The notes: generated by a model from the letters alone, not told the origin. DNA of 64,000 nucleotides from an uncultured Gaiellales bacterium (GCA_964631965.1 CAZWAR010000002.1:6207-70206); one strand, 5' to 3'. Positions 17,912 through 27,731 are shown, counted from the first letter of the stretch. Numbers and translations: made by a program.

Positions 17912-18916
17912 ATGCCACGCAACAAGGTGGCTTGGCGACGGGTCGTCTTTGTCGTCTTGATCATCGCGTCGCTTGCTGTGTTGACGGTGTCGTTTCGGGA
18001 GACCGAATCGGGTCCCGTGCATGCCGTTCAGCGGGGGGTGGCCGGGCTGGTTACGCCCATGCAATCGTGGGGAGCTCGTATCGCGCAGCCCTTCCAGGAT
18101 GGCTATACGTGGCTGACGACCCTCTGGTCGGCCCACTCGGATGCCGAACGGCTTGCCGGGGAGGTCCGGGTTCTGCAGGGAGAGGTCATCAAACTGCAGG
18201 AACAGGGGGAGGAAAATCAGCGTCTGAAGAGCCTGTTGGACCTCCGGGACAAAGGCACCTTCCCCTCCGGCACAGACTTCGTCGTGGCCCGGGTTATCGC
18301 CAAATCACCCACGCGCTGGCAGGCCTGGATCGAGATCGACAAGGGTTCCGCCGACGGTCTGCACGTCGACCAGGCTGTAGTCGGTTCGACGCCGGTTGCC
18401 GGGGAAGCTCTCGCCGGGAAAGGTCTCGTGGGCAAGATAGTCGAAGTGACCGATCACTCCGCGAAGGTGTTGCTCATAACCGATTCGCAGTCGGCTGTCT
18501 CGGCGAAGATCCAGGGGTCAAGAGCCGAGGGGATTGTTGAAGGCTCGGCGTCCGGCCGGTTGATGATGAACTATGTCGACCGCGACATTCTCGTGGATCC
18601 CAAGTTGGTCATCGTTACCTCCGGCTACGGTGGGGTGTATCCGCCGGACATCCCGGTCGGTATCGTCGTTGATGTCGGGGAGAAGGACGTGAGCAACTAC
18701 AAATCCATCGAGGTGCAGTCTTTCCTCGACTTCCGGGTGATCGAGGAGGTCATGGTCCTCGTTGTGCCGGAAGATTCGGTTATCCCAATGACCGGCGGGA
18801 ACGCCTCCACTCCCGGGTTGGGCGTGACTACCGGCACCAGTTCTTCGGCGGGGACGGGCTCCGACACCACGGCGACCGGCTCTCCCGTCTCGAGCTCTAC
18901 CACCACTACGGAGTAA
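17912..18916 (+). CDS. mreC: rod shape-determining protein MreC with Ser/Thr/Gly-rich C-terminal tail
   Basis: N-terminal TM, coiled coil (VLQGEVIKLQEQGEENQRLKSLL), beta-rich MreC domain; tail ...TTGTSSSAGTGSDTTATGSPVSSSTTTTE. Confidence 0.85.
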   Translation: MPRNKVAWRRVVFVVLIIASLAVLTVSFRETESGPVHAVQRGVAGLVTPMQSWGARIAQPFQDGYTWLTTLWSAHSDAERLAGEVRVLQGEVIKLQEQGEENQRLKSLLDLRDKGTFPSGTDFVVARVIAKSPTRWQAWIEIDKGSADGLHVDQAVVGSTPVAGEALAGKGLVGKIVEVTDHSAKVLLITDSQSAVSAKIQGSRAEGIVEGSASGRLMMNYVDRDILVDPKLVIVTSGYGGVYPPDIPVGIVVDVGEKDVSNYKSIEVQSFLDFRVIEEVMVLVVPEDSVIPMTGGNASTPGLGVTTGTSSSAGTGSDTTATGSPVSSSTTTTE

Positions 18917-18923
18917 GGAGCTG

Positions 18924-19463
18924 ATGGGCAGGAGGGAGCTCATAATCGTCGGCAAGATCCTGGTGGTGCTGGTGACCGCAGTGCTGCTACAGACCGTGGT
19001 GGTCTCGCAGGTGAGCATCCTCGGGGTCACCGCCGACCTGTTCCTCATCCTGACCATCGTTGTGGCCGTCTGCCGGGGGTCGCTCGAGGGAGCCATCTTC
19101 GGGTTCTTTGCCGGGCTCATGGCGGACATCGCCTACTTCTCGCCCCTCGGGGTGCGGGCTTTGATCCTGGTTCTCGCCGGCTATTTCGTGGGGATGTTCG
19201 TGACGCGCTTCGGCACGGTGGGACCGTGGAGTGTGATCATCATAGCCGGCGTGACCTCCTTCCTCGCCCAGTTGCTCTTCGGGCTCCTTCAGTATGTCAT
19301 GGGTCCCAGGTCCGGTTTTCTGACCATGATCGGCACTCAGATGCTGCCGGAGGCGGTCCTCGACGGGCTCGTCACCGCGCCTGTGTACGTGCTCCTGGTA
19401 CGGGCCCGGCTTCTGCCCGCACCCAGGGTCGAAGGGGCTCCCTTCCGGAGTGAGGAAGAATGA
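18924..19463 (+). CDS. mreD: rod shape-determining protein MreD
   Basis: Polytopic hydrophobic 179-aa protein immediately after mreC; AAGGAG Shine-Dalgarno; ATGA overlap with next gene. Confidence 0.8.
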   Translation: MGRRELIIVGKILVVLVTAVLLQTVVVSQVSILGVTADLFLILTIVVAVCRGSLEGAIFGFFAGLMADIAYFSPLGVRALILVLAGYFVGMFVTRFGTVGPWSVIIIAGVTSFLAQLLFGLLQYVMGPRSGFLTMIGTQMLPEAVLDGLVTAPVYVLLVRARLLPAPRVEGAPFRSEEE

Positions 19464-21412
19464 TCCTGGAGCCGATCAAGAGGAAGCGCCCCACCGAGGA
19501 CGACTCGTTCGTAGGGATGAGGGTGGGTGTTCTTCTTATCATCACGTTCGCCTTGTTCGGGATCTTGGCCTTCCGCCTCTGGTTCCTGCAGATCCTCTCC
19601 GGCGACACGTACGTGGCGGTCGCCACGAACAACCGCATCCGGGAGGTCAAGCTCGAGGCGCCCCGCGGGGTGATCTACGACCGGGACGGCAAGATACTGG
19701 TGGAGAACCGGGCCGGGCTCAATGTCGGTCTCCTGCCGATGGATATGTACGACCCCGAGGAGGAGCCGGAGCAGTTCCAGGCGGAGATACACGGACTGGC
19801 CCACATCCTCGATATCAGCGAGACCGATCTCATGGACGCCTATGCCAAGGCCAAGAAGGATCCGTACGTCACCTATGTGATCAAGGAGGACGTGGCAGAG
19901 AACTCGACCGTGGCCTACATCAAGGAGCATAGCCAGGAGTTCAAGGGGGTGGAGGTGGAGGCCTCCTATCTGCGCCAGTACCCCTTTGGTGCTCTCGCCA
20001 CCCATGTGCTCGGCTACGTGGGAGAGGCATCGCAGAACGACCTGGACCAGGAGCAGTTCGCCACTCTCAAGGCGGGCGCAACGGTGGGAAAGGACGGCGT
20101 GGAGCGCACGTATGACTCCTTCCTCAGGGGCACCGACGGGTCGAAGCAGGTGCAGGTCGATGCCGCAGGACGGCCCAAAGGAGTGGAGAAGAACGTGGCT
20201 CCCACGCCAGGGAGCAATCTCTGGCTCACCGTCAGCGCTGACCTGCAGGAGGCGGCCGAGAACGCCCTGGCGGAAGGCATCGAGATCGCTCACGCCGCGG
20301 AGCCAGCGTTCGAGAACGCGGCCGGCGGCGCAGTTGTGGCCATGAACCCGCAGAACGGAGAGATCCTCGCCATGGCTTCCTACCCCGACTACGACCCGTC
20401 TCTGTGGGTGGGGGGCATGACCAAGACCAAGTACGCGGAGCTCAACGCAGAGCAGGCCCATAACCCACTATTCGATCGGGCGATAAGTGGCCTCTATCCG
20501 GCGGGCTCGACCTTCAAGCCCTTCGTGGCCGCGGCGGCCCTCGCCGCCGGCATTATCACCCCGGACACGATCTTCGACTGCACCGGTAAGTACTCCACCC
20601 ATCAGCAGACCTGGAAGGACTGGATCTACCCCAGGAACCACGGTGAGGTCGATCTGCTGAAGGCGATAAGGGAGTCTTGCGACGTCTACTTCTACAACCT
20701 TGGTAGCCTCTTCTACGCCCAGTCCGGCCCGGTAATGCAGAACGACGTGAGGAAGTTCGGCTTTGGTTCGCAGACAGGTATCGATCTGCCGAACGAGACC
20801 ACTGGCACGCGGGTGCCCGACAAGTACTGGAAGGCCGACACCGGGAAGACGGCGGAGGACAGGGTCTGGAGGATCGGGGACGAGATCAACCTGGCCATCG
20901 GGCAGGGGGACCTGCTGGTGACGCCCATGCAGCTGGCGGTGGCCGTCTCGGCTATCGCGAACGGCGGTACGCTCTGGGTGCCACACGTGGGGGGATGGAT
21001 CCAGGATGCCTCGGGCAACCGCATCCACCAGTTCGAGAGCGAGAAGGCGGGAACCGTGATCGGGGATCAACCGGGCGACATCACCCCGCAGATGCTGAGC
21101 ATCGTGCGCCAGGGCATGACTGAGGTGACCTCCGAGACCGGCGGCACGGCCCACCAGGTGTTCAAGAACTTCCCGGTCGCCGTGGCCGGCAAGACCGGTA
21201 CCGCCCAGAAGCTGCCCGAGGACGACTATGCCCTCTTCATCGCCTATGCGCCCGCCGATGTTCCTCCCGACAAAGCCGAGATCGCCGTCGTCGCGCTCAT
21301 CGAGCAGGGTGGACACGGCAGCTCAGTTGCCGCCCCGGTGGTGCGCCGGGTGCTCGAGGCGTACTTCCACACCGGCTCGAGCGGCACCAATATCGTGCCG
21401 GCGAGTGAGTAG
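19460..21412 (+). CDS. mrdA: penicillin-binding protein 2 (elongasome peptidoglycan D,D-transpeptidase)
   Basis: PBP dimerisation domain plus transpeptidase motifs STFK (SxxK), SCD (SxN-like), KTGT; located between mreD and rodA. Confidence 0.9.
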   Translation: MILEPIKRKRPTEDDSFVGMRVGVLLIITFALFGILAFRLWFLQILSGDTYVAVATNNRIREVKLEAPRGVIYDRDGKILVENRAGLNVGLLPMDMYDPEEEPEQFQAEIHGLAHILDISETDLMDAYAKAKKDPYVTYVIKEDVAENSTVAYIKEHSQEFKGVEVEASYLRQYPFGALATHVLGYVGEASQNDLDQEQFATLKAGATVGKDGVERTYDSFLRGTDGSKQVQVDAAGRPKGVEKNVAPTPGSNLWLTVSADLQEAAENALAEGIEIAHAAEPAFENAAGGAVVAMNPQNGEILAMASYPDYDPSLWVGGMTKTKYAELNAEQAHNPLFDRAISGLYPAGSTFKPFVAAAALAAGIITPDTIFDCTGKYSTHQQTWKDWIYPRNHGEVDLLKAIRESCDVYFYNLGSLFYAQSGPVMQNDVRKFGFGSQTGIDLPNETTGTRVPDKYWKADTGKTAEDRVWRIGDEINLAIGQGDLLVTPMQLAVAVSAIANGGTLWVPHVGGWIQDASGNRIHQFESEKAGTVIGDQPGDITPQMLSIVRQGMTEVTSETGGTAHQVFKNFPVAVAGKTGTAQKLPEDDYALFIAYAPADVPPDKAEIAVVALIEQGGHGSSVAAPVVRRVLEAYFHTGSSGTNIVPASE

Positions 21413-21421
21413 CAGAAGCAT

Positions 21422-22624
21422 ATGGCCTCTACGTTGAAAGTGCTGCAGAACTCCCGCGAGCGGAGGCAACCGCTCGGCTTCTCGGCCGGTGCCTATGTGC
21501 GTAGCGTTGACTGGATTCTGTTGGCAGCCACTCTGCTCCTCGTCACCTTCGGCCTGTTCATGCTCTACTCAGCCACCCGCTCGGATCCCAACATCTCGAC
21601 GCCGTACTTCTACGTCCGCTCCCAAGGCATCGGGCTCGTGATCGGCTTCGTTTTTCTCGTCATGATCAGCCTGGTCAACTACCGCTGGATTGCTCGTTGG
21701 CGCACCTACATCTACGTGGCGACTCTGGTGCTCCTGATCCTCACCCTTCTTCCGGTCATCGGCTCCGGTAGTGAGACGGTGGGTGCGAACCGCTGGATCG
21801 ACCTCCGCTTCACCCGGCTCCAGACATCGGAACTCTCCAAGCTGCTTCTGTGTATCTCTCTGGCGGGAGTATTGGCCGAGGGGACGGCACTCCGGCATCG
21901 TTTCCGGTTCGTGTTCATGTGCGTCGTGTACATGCTGGTCCCTATCGCGCTCGTGTTTCTTCAGCCCGACCTGGGGAGCGCTCTCGTGTTTGCCGCCATC
22001 CTCATATGCATGCTGGTCGTCTGGGGAATCCGCCTGCCCCACCTGGGAGCTCTGGCGGGAGCCGGCATCTTCGCCGCTGTGGTGGCATTGCGCATCCTGC
22101 CGTCGCTTGGGATACACGTGTTGAAGGACTACCAGGTAGAGCGGCTCACTCTGTTCCTCGATCCCGAGAGGGATCCCACCGGTGTAGGCTATCAACTCAC
22201 CCAGAGCAAGATTGCGGTGGGGAGTGGGATGTTCACCGGGAAGGGGTACCTGCAGGGAACTCAGACGAACCTCAATTTCCTCCCCGAACACCACACGGAC
22301 TTCATCTTCGCGGTGATCGGAGAGCAGCTCGGATTCCTGGGAGGCGTGCTGCTGATCGGCCTCTTTGCGGTCATCGTCTGGCGGGCCTTCCGCATCGCCC
22401 GCCTGTCGAACGACCTGTTCGGCCGTCTCATCGCCACTGGCATCGCCGGTATGCTGGTGTTCCAGGTGTTCGTGAATATCGGCATGACCATCGGGATTAT
22501 GCCCGTGACCGGAATCCCGTTGCCGTTCGTGAGTTTCGGCTCCAGTTCGCTGGTAGTAAACTTGATGGCGATCGGCGTACTAGAGAGCATCCACGTTCAT
22601 TCGGTGGCCGGGCAGCCCAGGTAG
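21422..22624 (+). CDS. rodA: peptidoglycan glycosyltransferase RodA (SEDS family)
   Basis: FtsW/RodA/SpoVE polytopic membrane protein; motifs QLTQSKIAVGSGMFTGKG and PEHHTDFIFAVIGEQLG. Confidence 0.9.
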   Translation: MASTLKVLQNSRERRQPLGFSAGAYVRSVDWILLAATLLLVTFGLFMLYSATRSDPNISTPYFYVRSQGIGLVIGFVFLVMISLVNYRWIARWRTYIYVATLVLLILTLLPVIGSGSETVGANRWIDLRFTRLQTSELSKLLLCISLAGVLAEGTALRHRFRFVFMCVVYMLVPIALVFLQPDLGSALVFAAILICMLVVWGIRLPHLGALAGAGIFAAVVALRILPSLGIHVLKDYQVERLTLFLDPERDPTGVGYQLTQSKIAVGSGMFTGKGYLQGTQTNLNFLPEHHTDFIFAVIGEQLGFLGGVLLIGLFAVIVWRAFRIARLSNDLFGRLIATGIAGMLVFQVFVNIGMTIGIMPVTGIPLPFVSFGSSSLVVNLMAIGVLESIHVHSVAGQPR

Positions 22625-22657
22625 CGGCTCCCGACGCCTGATCTGGGGAGGCTGGGA

Positions 22658-23563
22658 GTGGCGAAACTGCCGTTGAACCTATCGAAGATCGTCAATGCCT
22701 TGAAGGAGGCGTCCGCGTCCGCGGAAGAGAGCGCCTCGATCGTCCTTGCCGGAGAGCAGGCCCTTGTGGAAAGGGCGCGGGATGAATTCTCGGCGGGCGG
22801 GACCATCCCGGCGATCGCCACGAAGGAGGCGTTCACCGGACCTACCCCGTTCGCGACCGGCTCCGGAGAGCTTCTGGTGGTCTTTGTGAAGCCGGAGCAG
22901 GAGGCGGAGATCGAATCGTTCCTCAGCCGCACGGTCTCGCGCACTTCGGCGATCCTGGTCGTCGACCAAGGCCCCGGCACGGGTCCGAAAGCCAGCCTGA
23001 CGGCCGGCGGCATGTTACGTCTGGCCTTCTCCGACAGCGAAGCCGGCTGGGACCGGCTGTTCGCCCTGTGTGCGGAGGCTGCAGGGGACAGGGGGACTGC
23101 GCTTGGGCGGCGGTACCCGGTGGTGCGCCGCGCAGCGGCGCGCAGGCTCATCGGTCGGACGGCTGTGCAGAATGTGCTCATCGCTTTGGTGTTCTTCGTT
23201 CCCGGGGCCGACATGCCCCCTATGACCTTGAACCAGTCGAAGATGGTCCTCAGGATCGCCGCGATGTACGGTCAGCCTGTCGACAAAGAGCGGGCGCTGG
23301 AGTTGGTGGCGATGGTGGCCATGGGGTTCGGCTTCCGCGGGATCGGTAGGGCCCTCGGGCGGGCCGTCCCCGGGCTGGCCATCGTCATGCGGATGATCAC
23401 GGCCTACACCGCCACCTTGGCCGTGGGGTTGGGCGCAATTGCCTACTTCGAACAGGGAGCCCCCGCCTCGACCAGCAAGGTCGTGGCCATGGTAGGCTCG
23501 CTTCGAGAGAGAATGCCGCGAAGCGAGGCTCCGGTCGTTGAGGATGGCCGGGCGGCGCACTAG
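22658..23563 (+). CDS. conserved hypothetical protein, C-terminal half DUF697(YcjF)-like hydrophobic/amphipathic region
   Basis: NVLIALVFFVPGADMPPMTLNQSKMVLRIAAMYGQP...GFGFRGIGRALGRAVPGLAIVMRMITAYTATLAVGLGAIAYF resembles the DUF697 signature (..MvreIa.lYG..); N-terminal soluble part without recognisable motifs; GTG start after GGGAGG. Confidence 0.45.
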   Translation: MAKLPLNLSKIVNALKEASASAEESASIVLAGEQALVERARDEFSAGGTIPAIATKEAFTGPTPFATGSGELLVVFVKPEQEAEIESFLSRTVSRTSAILVVDQGPGTGPKASLTAGGMLRLAFSDSEAGWDRLFALCAEAAGDRGTALGRRYPVVRRAAARRLIGRTAVQNVLIALVFFVPGADMPPMTLNQSKMVLRIAAMYGQPVDKERALELVAMVAMGFGFRGIGRALGRAVPGLAIVMRMITAYTATLAVGLGAIAYFEQGAPASTSKVVAMVGSLRERMPRSEAPVVEDGRAAH

Positions 23564-26165
23564 TGTGTCCTTGGCCAACCCGATAGTCTCCCCGTACGGC
23601 GGTCCCTTCGAGGCCGTTCTCGCGCGTATCCAGCAGCCGGCCCGCTTGATCGGGGAGGAAGCTGGAGCCGGTCCTGGATTCAGCGGTGATCCTGGCGAAC
23701 TGCGAGTGGTCCTTGGCTTCCCCGACACCTACGAGATAGGCATCTCCAATCAGGCCGTTCAGATCCTCTACCATCTGGCCCGCCAGGCGGAGGGGGTGGG
23801 GGTCGAGCGCGTGTGCCTGCCCTGGGTGGACGCCATTGGGGCGATGCGGGAGGCGGGAGTCCCGCTGCTGACGCTGGAGACGTGGACACCGGTGGCTTCG
23901 GCCCATCTGCTGGGCATCACCCTTCAGCACGAGTTCCACTACACCAACCTGCTGGAGATGCTCGATCTCGCCCGTATACCGATCCGTGCGGCCGAGCGTG
24001 GGGGGGAACACCCCCTGGTCCTTGCCGGCGGCCCGGCGTGTGCGAACTTCGTCCCGGTCGGTCGCTTCCTGGACGCCGTGGCGGTGGGAGACGGAGAGGA
24101 GTTGCTCCCAGACATTCTTGCGGTTCTTGCGGCCGCACACCGGGACGGGATCACCCGGGCGGAGGCTAAGAGCCTCCTGAGTAAGGTCGACGGAGTATAC
24201 GTTCCCGGCGTGAGCCGCCGTGTGAGGAGAAGGATGGTCTCCAGCCTCGCCGTGGCGGCGTACCCAACGATGCCACTGGTCCCGCTGGTGGCCGGGGTAC
24301 ACGATCGCGCCTGGGTCGAGGTCATGCGGGGGTGCACCCGCGGTTGCCGGTTCTGCCAGGCCGGCATGTGGTACCGGCCGGTTCGCGAGCGCCCCGCTGC
24401 CGAAGTGCTGGCGCTGGCGGGAGACCAACTGGCCGCGACCGGGCACCAGGAACTGGCTTTCGCCTCACTATCGACCACCGACTACTCTTGCCTGCGCGAG
24501 GCACTCACGCGGGTCGCGGCATCTCATCCCGAAATCAACCTCTCCCTGCCGTCGCTGCGGGTGGACAGCGCCTCGGTGGAACTTGCCTGGCTGGCGTCGC
24601 CAACGGGCAACTCCCTCACCCTCGCACCGGAGGCCGGGAGCCAGCGTATGCGCGACGTGATCAACAAGAACGTGACTGAGGAGGAGATCCTCGCGGCCGC
24701 GGAGGAGGCTTTCCGAGGCGGCCGAAGCACTCTGAAGCTGTATTTCATGATCGGGCTTCCCTGGGAGAACGACGCCGATGTGGATGCCATCGCGGATCTG
24801 TGTCTCCACATACGCGAGAGTGGGCGCCGCGTCCTCGGCCCGCGGGCCAACCGGTTGCAGCTCAATGTAAGCGTGAATACCTTCATCCCCAAGCCGTTCA
24901 CCCCCTTCCAATGGGCACCGATGGCTTCCCGGGAGACTGTGCGCAGGCGCCAGGAGATTCTGCGGCTGCGGTTGAGGAAGCCGGGGATCCGACTGTCCAT
25001 GCCCAGTCCCGACAAGGGTTACCTGGAGGCTGCCCTGGCTCGGGGAGGAGACGGCCTGGCCGCGGTGATCGAGGGGGCCTGGAGGAAGGGCGCCCGCTTC
25101 GACTCGTGGACCGAGCAGTTCAAGCCGGCGGCGTGGGCGGAAGCATTCCAGGAAGCGGGCGCGCCGGCCGAAGAGGTCGCTGCCTGCCCGCTGCCCAAGG
25201 ACGCCGAGCTTCCCTGGGACGTGTTCGAAGGGGTGCCCGAGCATGACTTTCTCTGGGCTGAGTGGGAGAAGGCCGTTAGGGGGGAGGCTACCGGTGACTG
25301 CCGATGGGATGGCTGCGAGACGTGCGGGGCCTGCCAGGATCCGCCGGGGAACGACCTCGCGGCGGCGGGCCGCCCGGCCGCCGCCCCCGCCGAGCCTCCG
25401 GCCACAGGGCGGCGCGTGCGCCGGCCTGTGGCTGCCGGAGGAGATGAAGCGGCGGTGAGGGCTGCCAAACCTGAAGGATCCGGAGCGGGCTCGTTCCGGT
25501 ACGTGGCTACGTTCAGCGTGACCGGACGCGGGCGCTTCCTGGGGCATCTCGACCGGATGGAGGCGTTCCGGCGCGCCGTACGCCGCGCCGGGGGCCGTCT
25601 TGCACTGTCCGCGGGGATGCGTCCGAAACCGCTCCTGACCATCGTCCTGCCGCTGGGTGTGGGGGTGCAGGGCCTCCACGAACTGTGTGAGTTCGACTTG
25701 GCGGAGGATCCGGGCGAGGGCTTCGTCGCCCGTCTGGAGTCGTCGCTTCCCAGCCACGTGCGTCTACTAGGCCTGGAACCGTACGCGGGCCGCCGGCATC
25801 TGGCGGCCCGCGTGCTGGGAGCATCCCACCGGGTGGTCTTCTCAGCGGGCGACACCTCGGCCGATCCCGCAGGTGTCGAAGCGGCGCTGTGGGACGGAGC
25901 GCAGCGTTTCGAGGAAGCAGGAGAGTGGGCAGTCCAAGAGGCTCGCCAAGATCGGGTGCGGAGGGTGGACGTGCGGCGTTATGTCGCTCACATCGACGTG
26001 CGGCCGAGCGCAGACGGTGAGTGGGAAGCGCGCTTCGCGGCGGCCGTCACGCCGACGGGGTCGGCTCGGCCGGAGACAGTGCTGAGGGCGCTCGAGCAGG
26101 CCTCTGGACTCAACCTCACCGTGCTAGAAGTATTCCGCACGGACATCGTGCTGGACAGGGAGTGA
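23538..26165 (+). CDS. radical SAM family protein, fusion of a TIGR03960-type B12-binding-like/radical-SAM core with a C-terminal DUF2344 (TIGR03936-type) domain; function unknown
   Basis: CxxxCxxC cluster motif VMRGCTRGCRFCQAG after a ~250-aa N-terminal domain; C-terminal FRYVATFSVTGRGRFLGHLDRMEAFRRAVRRAG matches the radical-SAM-linked DUF2344 family; sits immediately upstream of RNase E/G as in other Gram-positives. True start may be a few codons downstream. Confidence 0.75.
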   Translation: MRMAGRRTSVSLANPIVSPYGGPFEAVLARIQQPARLIGEEAGAGPGFSGDPGELRVVLGFPDTYEIGISNQAVQILYHLARQAEGVGVERVCLPWVDAIGAMREAGVPLLTLETWTPVASAHLLGITLQHEFHYTNLLEMLDLARIPIRAAERGGEHPLVLAGGPACANFVPVGRFLDAVAVGDGEELLPDILAVLAAAHRDGITRAEAKSLLSKVDGVYVPGVSRRVRRRMVSSLAVAAYPTMPLVPLVAGVHDRAWVEVMRGCTRGCRFCQAGMWYRPVRERPAAEVLALAGDQLAATGHQELAFASLSTTDYSCLREALTRVAASHPEINLSLPSLRVDSASVELAWLASPTGNSLTLAPEAGSQRMRDVINKNVTEEEILAAAEEAFRGGRSTLKLYFMIGLPWENDADVDAIADLCLHIRESGRRVLGPRANRLQLNVSVNTFIPKPFTPFQWAPMASRETVRRRQEILRLRLRKPGIRLSMPSPDKGYLEAALARGGDGLAAVIEGAWRKGARFDSWTEQFKPAAWAEAFQEAGAPAEEVAACPLPKDAELPWDVFEGVPEHDFLWAEWEKAVRGEATGDCRWDGCETCGACQDPPGNDLAAAGRPAAAPAEPPATGRRVRRPVAAGGDEAAVRAAKPEGSGAGSFRYVATFSVTGRGRFLGHLDRMEAFRRAVRRAGGRLALSAGMRPKPLLTIVLPLGVGVQGLHELCEFDLAEDPGEGFVARLESSLPSHVRLLGLEPYAGRRHLAARVLGASHRVVFSAGDTSADPAGVEAALWDGAQRFEEAGEWAVQEARQDRVRRVDVRRYVAHIDVRPSADGEWEARFAAAVTPTGSARPETVLRALEQASGLNLTVLEVFRTDIVLDRE

Positions 26166-26172
26166 GCAAGCG

Positions 26173-27615
26173 GTGAAACAGCTCATCATCTCTCGAGACC
26201 ACCTGGAGACCCGGGTGGCGTTGCTGGAGGACGGCCGCCTGGCCGAGATGTACCTGGAACGCCCTCGCCGGCAGTCTCTTGTGGGGAACGTGTACAAAGG
26301 CCGCGTGGAGACCGTGCTACCCGGCATGGATGCGGCCTTCGTGGACATCGGGCTCGACCGTAACGGCTTCCTCTCAGTGGCCGAAGTGGTGGCGCCGGAA
26401 GCTCGTCGAGGCGGGCTCCGCAAGATCGGGGAGTTGCTCAAGGCCGGCAAAGAACTCCTGGTGCAGGTGACCCGCGACCCGATGGGCGGGAAGGGGCCGC
26501 GTCTCACCATGGAGGTCGGCATCCCGGGGCGCTACGTCGTGTATTTCCCTGCGGGCGGAGGTTCTGGGGTATCTCGCCGGCTACCCGATGAGGAGCGGGA
26601 GCGGCTCCGAGCTATCAGCCGCGAGATGAAGCCGGAGAGGGGAGGGGTGATCGTCCGAACGGCTGCCGAGGGTGCCGAAAGGGAGGCGATCGAGCGCGAT
26701 CTCCGGTTCCTGCAGAGGGTATGGAGCGGAGCGGAACGGCGAGCTCAGGCATCGCCTGCTCCGGCCCTGATCTATGCTGAAGCGGAGCTTCCCATCCGGA
26801 GCGCTCGGGACCTCCTTGACTCCGAGTTCACCGCGGTGATAGTCGATGATGATAAGCTGCGCCGCCGGCTGGCCAGCTACCTGCGGGCCGTGGCCCCTGA
26901 ACTCAAAGACAGGGTCGAGCGATACGTGGGGCAGGTCCCCCTCTTCGAACGCTTCGGCCTTGAGCAGGAGATGGAGAAGGCGCTCGCCAGACGCGTGAGT
27001 CTGCCCTCTGGCGGCTCCATCGTGATCGACCATACAGAGGCTATGACGGTCATCGACGTGAACACAGGGCGCTTCGTCGGCAAGAAGCAGCTCGAGGACA
27101 CGACCCTCAAGACCAACCTCGAAGCCTGTAAGGAGATAGTGCGCCAACTCAGACTTCGGGATATCGGGGGGATCATAGTCATCGACTTCATCGACATGAC
27201 GGCGAAGAACAATCGGGAGATGGTGCTGGCCGCGCTGGAAGCGGAGTTCACCCTCGACCGGACCAAGACCTACGTGGTCGAGCTGTCACCGTTGGGACTG
27301 GTGGAGATGACCCGCCAGAACGTCACCCAGGGCTTGCGGGAAATCGTCACCACCCCCTGTCCCGCATGCCGGGGACGGGGGCGGGTGATTTCGGAGGAAT
27401 CCGCCCTCATCGTGCTCGAACGCCGTCTTGTCGAACTCCTGCGCGAATCGGCGCTGCCGGTGGTGCGGGTGGAGATCCACCCGCAGCTGCTCGGGCAGCT
27501 GGCCACCGGGGGCGAGGTGCTGCGCCGGCTGCAGGCGGCGACCGGGCGGCGCATTGAGGCCCAGGAAGCTCTGGGAGAGGTGCCTCTCACCCACGTGGCC
27601 GTCGTTCCCGACTGA
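26173..27615 (+). CDS. rng: ribonuclease E/G family endoribonuclease (short, RNase G-like, 480 aa)
   Basis: N-terminal S1 domain GNVYKGRVETVLPGMDAAFVDIG, RNase E/G catalytic core; upstream of rplU as rne is in actinobacteria. Confidence 0.88.
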   Translation: MKQLIISRDHLETRVALLEDGRLAEMYLERPRRQSLVGNVYKGRVETVLPGMDAAFVDIGLDRNGFLSVAEVVAPEARRGGLRKIGELLKAGKELLVQVTRDPMGGKGPRLTMEVGIPGRYVVYFPAGGGSGVSRRLPDEERERLRAISREMKPERGGVIVRTAAEGAEREAIERDLRFLQRVWSGAERRAQASPAPALIYAEAELPIRSARDLLDSEFTAVIVDDDKLRRRLASYLRAVAPELKDRVERYVGQVPLFERFGLEQEMEKALARRVSLPSGGSIVIDHTEAMTVIDVNTGRFVGKKQLEDTTLKTNLEACKEIVRQLRLRDIGGIIVIDFIDMTAKNNREMVLAALEAEFTLDRTKTYVVELSPLGLVEMTRQNVTQGLREIVTTPCPACRGRGRVISEESALIVLERRLVELLRESALPVVRVEIHPQLLGQLATGGEVLRRLQAATGRRIEAQEALGEVPLTHVAVVPD

Positions 27616-27731
27616 TCTGCGGGTTGCCCGAGATTCCTCGCCACACTGCGCCGGTCCCGAGGCGAGGCGAGACGCGATTCGGGCGCCTGCACACGAGGGG
27701 CGGCGGGGTGGCAGCAGGGCACCAACCTTGC

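Noticed and set aside
16489-17964. 491-aa - strand ORF spanning maf 3' end, mreB and mreC start
   Set aside because: Crosses three well-supported + strand genes and an intergenic promoter; Arg/Pro/Gly-rich nonsense
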